29,228 nucleotides of DNA from a candidate division WOR-3 bacterium (lineage in GTDB: Bacteria; Hydrothermota; Tepidihabitantia; B3-TA06): NCBI GenBank assembly GCA_965649265.1, contig CBFGKC010000020.1, forward strand, positions 1 to 29,228. The letters run 5' to 3'. The position numbers and the translations under genes were made by a program. The notes below the pieces were generated by a model. The model had not been told where the DNA came from, ran no database searches, and saw only the letters and a list, made by a program, of their open reading frames with translations. Of the stretch, positions 8,800 through 17,884 are shown piece by piece; within the stretch, counting starts at the first letter, position 1, and every line of letters begins with the position of its first letter.

Positions 8800-8827
8800 A
8801 TGATACGCAGGAAAGATGGAAGGTCAA
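8800..8827 (-). promoter_or_regulatory. sigma70-like promoter for the cyclophilin operon
   Basis: TTGACC-16 bp-TATCAT on the minus strand. Confidence 0.6.
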
Positions 8828-8932
8828 TACTCCACATCCCGGAAGACCGCGCTCGAGGACGAGTCGCGTTCTTTTGGGAACCCCGATAGGATCGCGACGG
8901 TGTTCCCCTGTTTTATGGAGAAGAAAGTCTTC

Positions 8933-8971
8933 GAGTTCTCCCAGGGCAATGCGGAGCAGCTGCCTGGGGGG
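8933..8971 (+). repeat. Degenerate family 1 element
   Basis: GAGTTCTCCCAGGGCAATGCGGAGCAGCTGCCTGGGGGG. Confidence 0.6.
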
Positions 8972-8974
8972 ATA

Positions 8975-9002
8975 TTGACAGGACTTGATTAAGGATTAAA
9001 GT
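8975..9002 (+). promoter_or_regulatory. sigma70-like promoter
   Basis: TTGACA-16 bp-TAAAGT. Confidence 0.55.
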
Positions 9003-9058
9003 TATATGCGTAGGACGAGTCCAAAGCGCCTTTTTGAAGAAAAAGGCGAGGAGGTTAT

Positions 9059-11482
9059 ATGTTTCCAGGAAGAATAATAGTATTCGCAGGGTTATTCATT
9101 ATGATAGCCGTAGGCTACGCCGGAGAACGATGGTCGCAGGCCCAGTTCGATGATTCATACACCGTCGTCTCACCAGACGGCGGAGGGAAGATCGCTTATT
9201 ACCCCAGGGCCGCATACGCACCAATAGACAGCCTCAACATGCGGCTGGCCGGTTACTATGGTCTCTACCCGGACAATGACCAATTGATAGTTATAGGAAA
9301 TTACCTGTACCTGTCCGCGATGTACGGTTTTGCGGTAATGGATATCGGATCTAACCCGCATTCGCCAGCGATTGTCGCAACGGTAACTAACGGTCCGTGG
9401 TATATTTCAGGTTTTGCCGCTTACGGCAATTACCTTTACGTTATTCAAACTGAAGCCGGTCTTTTTACGTACGATGTCTCGAACCCGCAAAAACCAAGCG
9501 TGGCAAGTCACATTGTTCTGCCCGAACCTTTCGATAGGGCATCACACGGTGTAGTCGTCGGAAACAACCTGTACCTGGTCTGCGAGGATTATGACTATGA
9601 GACCCATCAGAAGATCTCTCAATTGAAGGTTTTTTCCCTCAGCAAACCCTCACAACCTGCGCAAGTCAGCGTTCTCGATTTGCCGGGTTTCACGCAAGTA
9701 GATCGGCTATTTGCGACAGATGACAGCACGCTTGTGATTGCGGGGTTGACGCCCCTTATCGTGAAAGTGAAAATCTCCGATCCCGATGCACCGTCTATCT
9801 CCGCACAGCATAGCTTCTCCGATGATCCCCTCGTTTATTTAGAAAGTTGTTACTATGACACGGATGGCTTTCTTTATTCGTGTTTCATCCAGTTCGACAC
9901 CATCAATTACACGCAATATCATTACCGATTAACTTGCGATATGACTGACTTTTCAAACCCTGTGATAATCGATTCATCATCTATGGGAACAAACTCCGAG
10001 AACTACCTAGGTTTGCTCGGTAAAGATACTCTCATAGTCAGTCGTTCGGACACGATAATTTTTTGTGACATCTCAACGCCCGGCGTGATGAATCGGATCG
10101 CTTACTGGTATAACGGGTCCGCGGGAGCCATCCAACGGGTCATCCCCAATAAAAACGATCTTTTAACCTGCGGAATCTTCTGGGGGCTGCACATACTGGA
10201 CCGAAGCGACATTTCGAATATCAATGATGTATACTCAACTTACGTAGGAGCCGGCTCGCCTTTATCCATATCGGCACCTAAAGAGGGCCGGGTTTTCGCC
10301 ACCTACTGGTGGACTGAAACCGATTACCATGTATATGGCTTCAACAGCACCACAGAAGGACAAATCACTGTTTCCGACAGTCTGATTTTCGAAAGCGGGA
10401 CCGAAATAAGCCATGTCAATAACCTGCTCGGGATTCAAAAGGATAATAACGATATCACTCTTTTCGATGTAACCACCCCCGGAAAATACGACTCCGTCGG
10501 TCGAACCGGTTGCACTTTTTTTCGATATAACAGGTTCAATTCCGAAGGAAACAAGCTTTATCTGGCATCCTGCTATCATTGGTATGGAAATGGGTGCATG
10601 GCGGTTCTGGATGTTTCAAATCCAGCCTCGTGCAGCTTGCTGGCCATGAAAAATCTTAACGGACCATGTTGCGACATCTGTCACCACGGCAGCTATGTAT
10701 ACGTTACCGGCGAAGACACCGCAACCGGCAAGGGATATCTCGAAACGTATTCGCTTACGGGAAGCAATCTCGAGAAGACATCCTCCATCGGACTGGATGA
10801 GGAAGGACTGGGCTTGTGCCGCGTCGGGGATCGCCTTTACTTGTCGCGTTACAACGCACTGGAGATTTTCGACTTATCTGATCCCTCAAAACCCGCGTTT
10901 CTGGGAATGACGGACAGCATCATCAGCGGCAATACCGAGATTCTGGGCAGTGGTGGTCGAAACGACGATGTCATCGCGTCGGGAAACAGGGTGTACGTGG
11001 CGAGCGATGAGGAGCTGGTTGCCTTTGACGTGACCGATCCTGCATCGCCGCTCGTGGTCGGCTACTACATTATACCCAACCAAGCTTCGTGGACCGCTGA
11101 TCTTCGCCAGAGATTGCGTTCCGACGGTAACCTTATCTACTGGTCTACCATGGCTTACGGCATCTGCGTGATTGACCCCTACGCAGACGCCGAGATGGTG
11201 GCCGAAAAACCTGCCCAGAATCCAATGCGATTGGGGCTCGATGTAAACCAAAGCCTGGGACAGGGATGCGTGATAAAGTACACCTTGCCCTTCCGGTCTA
11301 ATGTCGAGATTTCTGTCTACGACGCATCCGGCCGCTTGGTCGAGGTTTTGAGAGCCGCTCGTGAGACCGCAGGCACTCACCACTTCACATGGGATGCCGA
11401 CGGAGTGTCCTCAGGCGTCTACTTCGTGAGGTTAGCGACCGATGCGGGATCGGTAACCACGAAGCTTTTAGTACTGGATTAA
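9059..11482 (+). CDS. Secreted LVIVD-repeat beta-propeller protein with T9SS/Por-type C-terminal domain
   Basis: Signal peptide; repeats of GNYLYV....GL..(Y/F)DVSNP.KP; C-terminal VYDASGRLV...W...GVSSGVYFVRL...TKLLVLD. Confidence 0.88.
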   Translation: MFPGRIIVFAGLFIMIAVGYAGERWSQAQFDDSYTVVSPDGGGKIAYYPRAAYAPIDSLNMRLAGYYGLYPDNDQLIVIGNYLYLSAMYGFAVMDIGSNPHSPAIVATVTNGPWYISGFAAYGNYLYVIQTEAGLFTYDVSNPQKPSVASHIVLPEPFDRASHGVVVGNNLYLVCEDYDYETHQKISQLKVFSLSKPSQPAQVSVLDLPGFTQVDRLFATDDSTLVIAGLTPLIVKVKISDPDAPSISAQHSFSDDPLVYLESCYYDTDGFLYSCFIQFDTINYTQYHYRLTCDMTDFSNPVIIDSSSMGTNSENYLGLLGKDTLIVSRSDTIIFCDISTPGVMNRIAYWYNGSAGAIQRVIPNKNDLLTCGIFWGLHILDRSDISNINDVYSTYVGAGSPLSISAPKEGRVFATYWWTETDYHVYGFNSTTEGQITVSDSLIFESGTEISHVNNLLGIQKDNNDITLFDVTTPGKYDSVGRTGCTFFRYNRFNSEGNKLYLASCYHWYGNGCMAVLDVSNPASCSLLAMKNLNGPCCDICHHGSYVYVTGEDTATGKGYLETYSLTGSNLEKTSSIGLDEEGLGLCRVGDRLYLSRYNALEIFDLSDPSKPAFLGMTDSIISGNTEILGSGGRNDDVIASGNRVYVASDEELVAFDVTDPASPLVVGYYIIPNQASWTADLRQRLRSDGNLIYWSTMAYGICVIDPYADAEMVAEKPAQNPMRLGLDVNQSLGQGCVIKYTLPFRSNVEISVYDASGRLVEVLRAARETAGTHHFTWDADGVSSGVYFVRLATDAGSVTTKLLVLD

Positions 11483-11516
11483 AGCCTTTCCCATAATAGC
11501 GATTAGATGAAAAAGG

Positions 11517-11670
11517 GCGCCGGAGGCGCTGGGCGCAAGCTCAGCTTCCGCCATTTCACCTTTTCTTTCCAATGACACCGCCGGAGGCGCTGGGCAGAAT
11601 GGAATTCTGCTGAGGGACGCGTGAAGTTTGACCTCCGGGGATTAACCAGCGGTCAAACTTCTTAACGACT
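11517..11670 (+). repeat. Composite palindromic repeat (family 2), upstream copy
   Basis: CGCCGGAGGCGCTGGGC twice, GCAGAATGGAATTCTGC, and an AAGTTTGACC..GGTCAAACTT hairpin. The block recurs at 15691-15797 and 16081-16172. Confidence 0.8.
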
Positions 11671-11694
11671 TACGTAGAAAGTCGTAGGGGCACA

Positions 11695-11722
11695 TTGACA
11701 GTTGGAATGCGAAAGGTATAAT
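11695..11722 (+). promoter_or_regulatory. sigma70 promoter of the ATPase operon
   Basis: Perfect TTGACA and TATAAT with a 16-bp spacer. Confidence 0.8.
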
Positions 11723-11764
11723 GTAACAAACATTCGATTCCTTGATTTAACTAAGGAGTATTCT

Positions 11765-12094
11765 TTGGCTCAAGATCTCTTGAAAGAAATACGCGACGCC
11801 GAAAAAGAAGCGGGCGACATGATAAAGGCCGCCGAGGATAAGGCGGCAAAGGAGCTTGCCGGGCAGAGGAAGCGCTCGGAGGAGGAACTGTCCGCACTCT
11901 CCACAGAGCGGGAGAAGACTCTCGAGGACGCTCGCAGGCGTGCAAAGGAAAATGCTGAAAAAGAAGCCTCGCGCCTTGCCGCCGAAGCCAGGGCAGAAGC
12001 GGCAGCACTCAAAGAAAAGGCCGCAAAGAAAGCATCCCGGGCCGCCGAACACGCTCAAAAGAAAGTCGTAAAGCTTTGGGAACAGCAAAAGTAG
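11765..12094 (+). CDS. A/V-type ATPase peripheral stalk subunit H/G
   Basis: TTG start after AAGGAG. LKEIRDAEKEA..I..AE coiled coil rich in A/E/K, directly before subunit I. Confidence 0.8.
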   Translation: MAQDLLKEIRDAEKEAGDMIKAAEDKAAKELAGQRKRSEEELSALSTEREKTLEDARRRAKENAEKEASRLAAEARAEAAALKEKAAKKASRAAEHAQKKVVKLWEQQK

Positions 12095-14427
12095 AAAAAG
12101 TCCTCATCGCGACGCACGCCGAGGACAGGGACGCGCTTCTCAAGACCCTCCAGGAAGAGGGACTTCTACATATTTCAGATTCCGTAAGGGAGGATGGTAA
12201 TCAGCCAACCCGTGATGATTACGGCATGAGGACTAAGGGGGGAGAAAAGAATAAAGACGTTACGTATCAGGGGTCCCCGAAAGATTCCGAAGGATTCTTT
12301 CAGGTCGAAGAGGACTTTTCAGGAACCCTTCAGCGCCTGACTCAGGGCATTACCTTCCTTTCCGCTTATGCCGGAAAACGCAAGGGCGGCGGCATGTTCT
12401 CGGTAAAACCGTCGCTTCCCACGGACGAATTTTCGAGAAGGGTATCAGAGCTTAACGTTCCCGGAAAGCTGAAACGGATCGGTGAGATGAGCGCGCGTGT
12501 GAGCGGTCTGGAAAAGGAGGAGCGGTTTATCAAGTCAGAACTCGAGATTCTTTCGCCGTGGCAGACCCTCCCCCACCCCCCCAGGGAGTACTCCTCACTC
12601 AAGAAGACGGACGTGCGTTTTATAAGCGTACAGGCCGAAGAGAAGGAGGCGCTCGAGGCTTTGCTCGAGCCCTTTACCGTGAGTGTCGGCGAGGCAGGAA
12701 CACAAGGAAAGACGAACCTTCTGGTACTGCTCGCGCCCAGGGAGGAAACAGCAGAGGTTGACGACGTTATCAAATCGAAGGGAATCAGGACCTATCCGCT
12801 TGAAAAATTCGGGAAGAAGGTAAACGAGGAAATTTCGGACCGCGATAAGAGATTGGAACAGATATCACTCGAGCGCAAAGGGATTACAGAAGAAGCACAC
12901 GCCATGAGCGCCGAGCTTTCGGGCTTCGAGACGGCGTTCGATTTTTATGACAACGAGCGCCTGCGCATCGAGGAACGTTCTAAACTCACCCGCAGCGAGA
13001 AGGCTTCATTCATTGAAGGTTGGGTGCGAGAAAAGGATTATAAAAGACTGGAGAAGATAGTCCACGAGTTCCCTGCATCGGAAGTGGTAAAAGCGAAGCC
13101 CCGAGAGGACGAGCAGGCTCCTGTGGCTTTGGAGAACGCTACGGTATTGAAACCGTTCGAGATGCTCATGAACCTTTACGGCTCGCCGGACGGAAGGGAA
13201 GCCGACCCCACGCCTTTCATGACGCCATTCTTTGCCGTCTTTTTTGGACTCTGCATGACGGACGCAGGCTACGGTCTGATCATCACGCTGGTGACGGCCT
13301 ACCTCATATGGATCAAGAAGATAAGGGGAAACCTCATATGGATTCTCTTCTACGGCGGCATAACGACAATCATCGGCGGAGCCCTTACGTCCTCGTGGTT
13401 CGGCAACCTGCCCGATATGCTCGGCATACCCTGGCTCGTGAAATTCCGCAACGCCTTCGTGTGGTTCGACCCCATAAAGGATCCCATGCCGTTTCTTTAC
13501 CTGTCACTTGCCGCAGGCTACATCCAGATGGTGTTCGGGGTCGCTATCGAGTTTTTCGATAATCTTCGACTGCGCAACATCGCCGCCGCGCTCTTCGAGG
13601 CGCTGCCCTGGCTCCTCATATTCGTCTGTGTCCCGCTGATTATCGTAGCCGGAACTGGTGCGATTCCGAAATGGCTGGGCTTGCCCCTGCTGATCCTCGT
13701 ACTCGTGAGCGCGGGTGTGTCCATCGTTCTATCCAACAGGCCGGGACACACATCTGTCACGAGCGCGATCCTTTTCTGGGCGGTCATAACCGCTGGGCTT
13801 CTTGCGCTTGCAAAGGCGGCAGGCGGAATACCCTTCCCCGGCAAGATAATCAAGGGCGTGCTCATCGGCCTCCTGGCGGCACTGTGGCTGTACACGGTTT
13901 TCAAGGGACTATCGGAGAAAAACCTGAAGGCCGCCGGAATCGTGCTCGGAATACTTGGAGTGGCCTCGCTCGTTCTCTACGTGACGGGCGTGACAGGCTC
14001 CAACGCGTTTCTCATCATCGTTTTCATCCTGAACCTCCTGTTTGCGATGATGGTCCTCAAGACGTGGGGCGGCAGACTGGCCTGGGGTTTGTACGGAATA
14101 TATTCGAACGCGACCGGGGTTCTGGGTATAGTGCTTTCGTACGTGCGACTCATGGCTCTCGGAATGATGACCGGCGGCATTGCGACCGCTTTCAATCTCA
14201 TCGCGTGGATGCTCGGCGGAATCCCCGTGGTTTCAATTGTTTTGATCCTTGCCGTTTTAGTCATCGGCCACGGCTACAACCTCGTGATGAGTGCGCTGGG
14301 AGCGTTCGTGCATTCACTGCGTTTGCAGTACGTCGAGTTCTTCCCCCGGTTTTTTACGGGCGGCGGCTTGAAATTTGAACCTTTTGAATTTAAAACACGT
14401 TACATTAAAGTAATAAGGAGGACTTAG
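12076..14427 (+). CDS. ntpI: A/V-type ATPase subunit I (a)
   Basis: IEGWV, P..L.N...KPFE, YG.P...E.DPTP, FFG....DAGYG, SY.RLMALG, H.LRLQYVEFF.RFF.GGG..F.PF. Confidence 0.95.
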   Translation: MGTAKVEKVLIATHAEDRDALLKTLQEEGLLHISDSVREDGNQPTRDDYGMRTKGGEKNKDVTYQGSPKDSEGFFQVEEDFSGTLQRLTQGITFLSAYAGKRKGGGMFSVKPSLPTDEFSRRVSELNVPGKLKRIGEMSARVSGLEKEERFIKSELEILSPWQTLPHPPREYSSLKKTDVRFISVQAEEKEALEALLEPFTVSVGEAGTQGKTNLLVLLAPREETAEVDDVIKSKGIRTYPLEKFGKKVNEEISDRDKRLEQISLERKGITEEAHAMSAELSGFETAFDFYDNERLRIEERSKLTRSEKASFIEGWVREKDYKRLEKIVHEFPASEVVKAKPREDEQAPVALENATVLKPFEMLMNLYGSPDGREADPTPFMTPFFAVFFGLCMTDAGYGLIITLVTAYLIWIKKIRGNLIWILFYGGITTIIGGALTSSWFGNLPDMLGIPWLVKFRNAFVWFDPIKDPMPFLYLSLAAGYIQMVFGVAIEFFDNLRLRNIAAALFEALPWLLIFVCVPLIIVAGTGAIPKWLGLPLLILVLVSAGVSIVLSNRPGHTSVTSAILFWAVITAGLLALAKAAGGIPFPGKIIKGVLIGLLAALWLYTVFKGLSEKNLKAAGIVLGILGVASLVLYVTGVTGSNAFLIIVFILNLLFAMMVLKTWGGRLAWGLYGIYSNATGVLGIVLSYVRLMALGMMTGGIATAFNLIAWMLGGIPVVSIVLILAVLVIGHGYNLVMSALGAFVHSLRLQYVEFFPRFFTGGGLKFEPFEFKTRYIKVIRRT
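12270..12309 (+). repeat. Family 1 element inside the subunit I coding sequence
   Basis: GGGGTCCCCGAAAGATTCCGAAGGATTCTTTCAGGTCGAA, translated as GSPKDSEGFFQVE. Confidence 0.65.
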
Positions 14428-14916
<489 letters not shown>

Positions 14917-14917
14917 G

Positions 14918-15454
14918 ATGGCCGACAAGGTAAGCGCCAAGATTCTCGCGGACGCAGCAAAGCGTGTTGACGAGATGAACAGGGAGTTTGACGAGTTGAA
15001 ATCGAAGCTCGGGGCCGAGCTCGAGGCAAAAAAGAAAACCTACCGCGAAGAGACTCAAAGACTCGCGAAGCTGGAAGAGGAACGCATAAGCCGGGAGATA
15101 CTTTCCGAGGCAAGGCTTTCCGCCCGCCGTGAGCTTCTTTTGGCAAAACACGCATCGATCAAGAACTGCCTCGAACTCGCCGCAAAGGCGCTCACGAACT
15201 CCGGGGAATACACCGGCCTTCTCGACCGCATAGTCAAAGCCGCATCTGCAGAGGATGTCGAGATTCTTATCTCCGAAAACGACCGCGGCCGGCTCGAGTA
15301 CCCGTGGGCAAAAAAATCATCTACAGTCGAAATACAGGGGGGGGTCATATTACGCGGCCGATCGAAGGATGCCAACTTCAGCATCGATGCGGCCTATGAG
15401 GCCCTGGGCGAAAACCTCGTGCTCGAACTGGCAAGAATCCTCTTTTCGGATTGA
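14918..15454 (+). CDS. ntpE: A/V-type ATPase subunit E
   Basis: N-terminal coiled coil, S.A.L.ARR.LL.AK, and I.GG.IL......NFS; position after K. Confidence 0.85.
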   Translation: MADKVSAKILADAAKRVDEMNREFDELKSKLGAELEAKKKTYREETQRLAKLEEERISREILSEARLSARRELLLAKHASIKNCLELAAKALTNSGEYTGLLDRIVKAASAEDVEILISENDRGRLEYPWAKKSSTVEIQGGVILRGRSKDANFSIDAAYEALGENLVLELARILFSD

Positions 15455-15517
15455 ACCCAGCCCGAAGTCGGGGTCGTAACCAAAGGGAAATTCTTTCGGT
15501 CTTCTGCATCAACATGT

Positions 15518-15544
15518 AAAAGCCCCCCTCCCGGGGGCTTTTTT
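15518..15544 (+). terminator. Rho-independent terminator (possibly bidirectional)
   Basis: AAAAGCCCCC-CTCC-GGGGGCTTTTTT. Confidence 0.85.
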
Positions 15545-15690
15545 ACTGCACCATAAGGAATCGTCGATTTAATAGATATCTTCAAAATTAACAAACCGTT
15601 CCTGGAAAAGGGATCCCGGCACAGGTTCGACTGAGCGGCTCAGAGACCACATTAATTATGAAGAAGATTCCTAAAATGGTTCCTGAGGGG

Positions 15691-15797
15691 GGCGCTGGGC
15701 GCAAGCGAGCGCCTGGAAGGCGCATGAGAAGTTTTGCATGAATACTATCGTTTGGAGGCAAAGCTTCGTTTCTGCCATTCCACTTTTGCTTATCAAT
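15691..15797 (+). repeat. Family 2 repeat, first part of the downstream copy
   Basis: GGCGCTGGGCGCAAGC is identical to 11525-11540; 15771-15797 resembles 11547-11573. Confidence 0.65.
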
Positions 15798-15990
15798 ACT
15801 CGCATCTGGAAAACATAAACTAAATCAATCCGATTACTCTCAGTGATGGTTTTCTGAGGAGGGCTGAGGAGGACGACACAGGATGTAGTATGTCGAACTC
15901 CAGTCGACGTTTGACGTTCTGGCTCGTCACTGTGTATCTAAAAAAACAGGAAGTTGTCTAAGAGGGTTCCGGAAGGAGTTGGTGTGTTAC

Positions 15991-16080
15991 GGGGAGGCCA
16001 AGGAAGGCCAAGGAAGTCCGAGGAAGGCCGAGGAAGGCCGAGGAAGGTCGAGGAAGGCTGAGGGAGGCTGAGGAGGGCGA
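15991..16080 (+). repeat. 10-bp tandem repeat AGGAAGGCCG, about 9 degenerate units
   Basis: Read directly from the sequence. Confidence 0.9.
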
Positions 16081-16172
16081 GCGCCGGAGGCGCTGGGCAG
16101 AATGGAATTCTGCCGAGTTAGGGCTTATAGTTTGCCCCAGGAGATTAACTATCGGTCAAACTTTATAGACTA
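16081..16172 (+). repeat. Family 2 repeat, second part of the downstream copy
   Basis: 16082-16113 is identical over 32 bp to 11579-11610, followed by AGTTTG..GATTAAC..CGGTCAAACTT. Confidence 0.85.
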
Positions 16173-16187
16173 CTTTCGACGAAAATC

Positions 16188-16267
16188 GGGGTCCCCGGGG
16201 CGATGCGGAGCAGCGATCTGGGGTGTAAATCGGGATCCCCAAAAAGTCGAAATCGACTTTTTGGGGC
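16188..16267 (+). repeat. Two tandem family 1 elements
   Basis: GGGGTCCCCGGGGCGATGCGGAGCAGCGATCTGGGGTG and GGGATCCCCAAAAAGTCGAAATCGACTTTTTGGGG. Confidence 0.75.
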
Positions 16268-16274
16268 TTAGCGA

Positions 16275-16302
16275 TTGACAAGCACAATCAGCGGAATAAA
16301 AT
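16275..16302 (+). promoter_or_regulatory. sigma70-like promoter
   Basis: TTGACA-16 bp-TAAAAT. Confidence 0.7.
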
Positions 16303-16357
16303 AGCTTCAGAAAGAATTATACAACCCTCATAAAAAAATCGTTAAGGAGGAATTAAC

Positions 16358-17518
16358 GTGAAAAAAGCGACATTCAAGAAATTGGCGGCATTCGTTTTGG
16401 CCGTGGTGGGTACTGCCTCGTTTTTAGGCCTGGACTGCAATCCCGCAAAACCGCCCGACGTTTTGTGGTCCAAGATTTATGATTCCGGAACGAACGATGT
16501 GCCCCATGCCATTGCCGTGGACGCATCCGGCAACGTGTACGTCGGCGGTAGTTCCGAAAACGGAGCTTATGACGACTTCCTCACCCTCAAGTACGATTCA
16601 GCCGGGACCATCATCTGGAACAAGGCTTACGACAGCTCCAATAATGATGAGGTTCTGGGGCTCGTGCTTTCGAGTTCAGGCGACGTTTACGTTACCGGAG
16701 CGTCGGTATGTGTGGATTCCAATGTCAACTGCATCCGGCTCATCAGGTACGACGCATCGGGCAACATGGTCTTGAACAAGGAACTTATGAGCAGCGCATA
16801 CGCGTACGACATGGCCGCCGACGCTTCTGGAAACTTATACATCGCGGGCCGCAAGGTCAACGCGACGAGCGCGGATTTCGTACTTATCAAAACGGATGCC
16901 GACGGCAACATAAGCTGGTCTGAGACTTACGATGCAGGTAACAACGAGCAGGCAAGGGGAATAGCGGTTGATAACTCCGGCAATATCTACGTCTCCGGCT
17001 TCTCGATGCCGCAAGGTTCAGGCTCCGACATTCTGACCCTGAAGTATTCCTCGGACGGAGCCTTGCTCTGGAGTAAGATTTATGATTCAGGTTCGGATGA
17101 CGCGGTGACCGGCCACGGCGTGGCAGTCGATCCACAGGGTGACGTCTACGTCGCGGGGTACACGACCGTTACAGCCCCGGCTGGCGAGTACGTAATCATA
17201 AAATACGATTCCGACGGTAATGTGCTCTGGACAAAGACAAACGCATCGGACAACACAGACCCTACCGCAAGCATAACGACCAACGTTTCGGGATCGGTCT
17301 ACCTTCTCGGCACCTACCTTTCAACGGATAATTACGATTACATGATAGCCAAGTACGACTCCAAAGGCATCCTTGTGTGGGACACGTTGTTCGATTCAGG
17401 TCATAACGATTACGGTTCCGATATCTGCCTTGGAAACGACGGCAGCGTTTACGTGACGGGAAGAACCGCAAGCGGTGCCGGAACGGATTTTCTTACGGTT
17501 AAACTCGGAGCGGAATAA
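16358..17518 (+). CDS. SBBP-repeat beta-propeller, probable lipoprotein
   Basis: AAGGAGG RBS; signal peptide ending LGLDC; about 7 repeats of AVD.SGN.YV.G....D....KYD..G...W...YD; no CTD. Confidence 0.85.
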   Translation: MKKATFKKLAAFVLAVVGTASFLGLDCNPAKPPDVLWSKIYDSGTNDVPHAIAVDASGNVYVGGSSENGAYDDFLTLKYDSAGTIIWNKAYDSSNNDEVLGLVLSSSGDVYVTGASVCVDSNVNCIRLIRYDASGNMVLNKELMSSAYAYDMAADASGNLYIAGRKVNATSADFVLIKTDADGNISWSETYDAGNNEQARGIAVDNSGNIYVSGFSMPQGSGSDILTLKYSSDGALLWSKIYDSGSDDAVTGHGVAVDPQGDVYVAGYTTVTAPAGEYVIIKYDSDGNVLWTKTNASDNTDPTASITTNVSGSVYLLGTYLSTDNYDYMIAKYDSKGILVWDTLFDSGHNDYGSDICLGNDGSVYVTGRTASGAGTDFLTVKLGAE

Positions 17519-17555
17519 AGAAATTGTAAACTTAGGCGTACGTCTTCAGGCACTC

Positions 17556-17584
17556 TTGACAAGACCCCCTCTTTGCCGTAGACT
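17556..17584 (+). promoter_or_regulatory. sigma70-like promoter of the acpP operon
   Basis: TTGACA-17 bp-TAGACT. Confidence 0.7.
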
Positions 17585-17617
17585 TCGCATCAAACTCAAT
17601 CCCTAAGGAGGATGAAA

Positions 17618-17857
17618 ATGGCTCTATTTGACGATGTAAAAAATATAATAGTTGAACAACTTCACGTACCACCCGAAAAGGTGACCAAAGAAGCCAAGTT
17701 CATTGACGATCTCGGCGCCGACTCGCTTGACACGGTCGAGCTCATCATGGCATTCGAAGAGAAGTTCTCGATAGAGATCCCGGACGAGGATGCCCAGAAG
17801 CTCGAAACCGTCGGCAAGGCGATGGACTATCTGGAAACCAAACTCAAAGACAAGTAA
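17618..17857 (+). CDS. acpP: Acyl carrier protein
   Basis: [27 protein letters not shown]; RBS spacing favours ATG 17618. Confidence 0.97.
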   Translation: MALFDDVKNIIVEQLHVPPEKVTKEAKFIDDLGADSLDTVELIMAFEEKFSIEIPDEDAQKLETVGKAMDYLETKLKDK

Positions 17858-17884
17858 CCTATTGATTCATTTTAAGGATTCATA

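Noticed and set aside
15610-15650. GGTTCGA resembling a tRNA T-arm
   Set aside because: No pairing T-stem, cloverleaf or acceptor end.
15876-15892. ACACAGGATGTAGTAT as an NrdR box
   Set aside because: Single loose match and no ribonucleotide reductase gene nearby.
15991-16080. Possible CRISPR array
   Set aside because: 10-bp units with no spacers and no cas genes; a simple tandem repeat.
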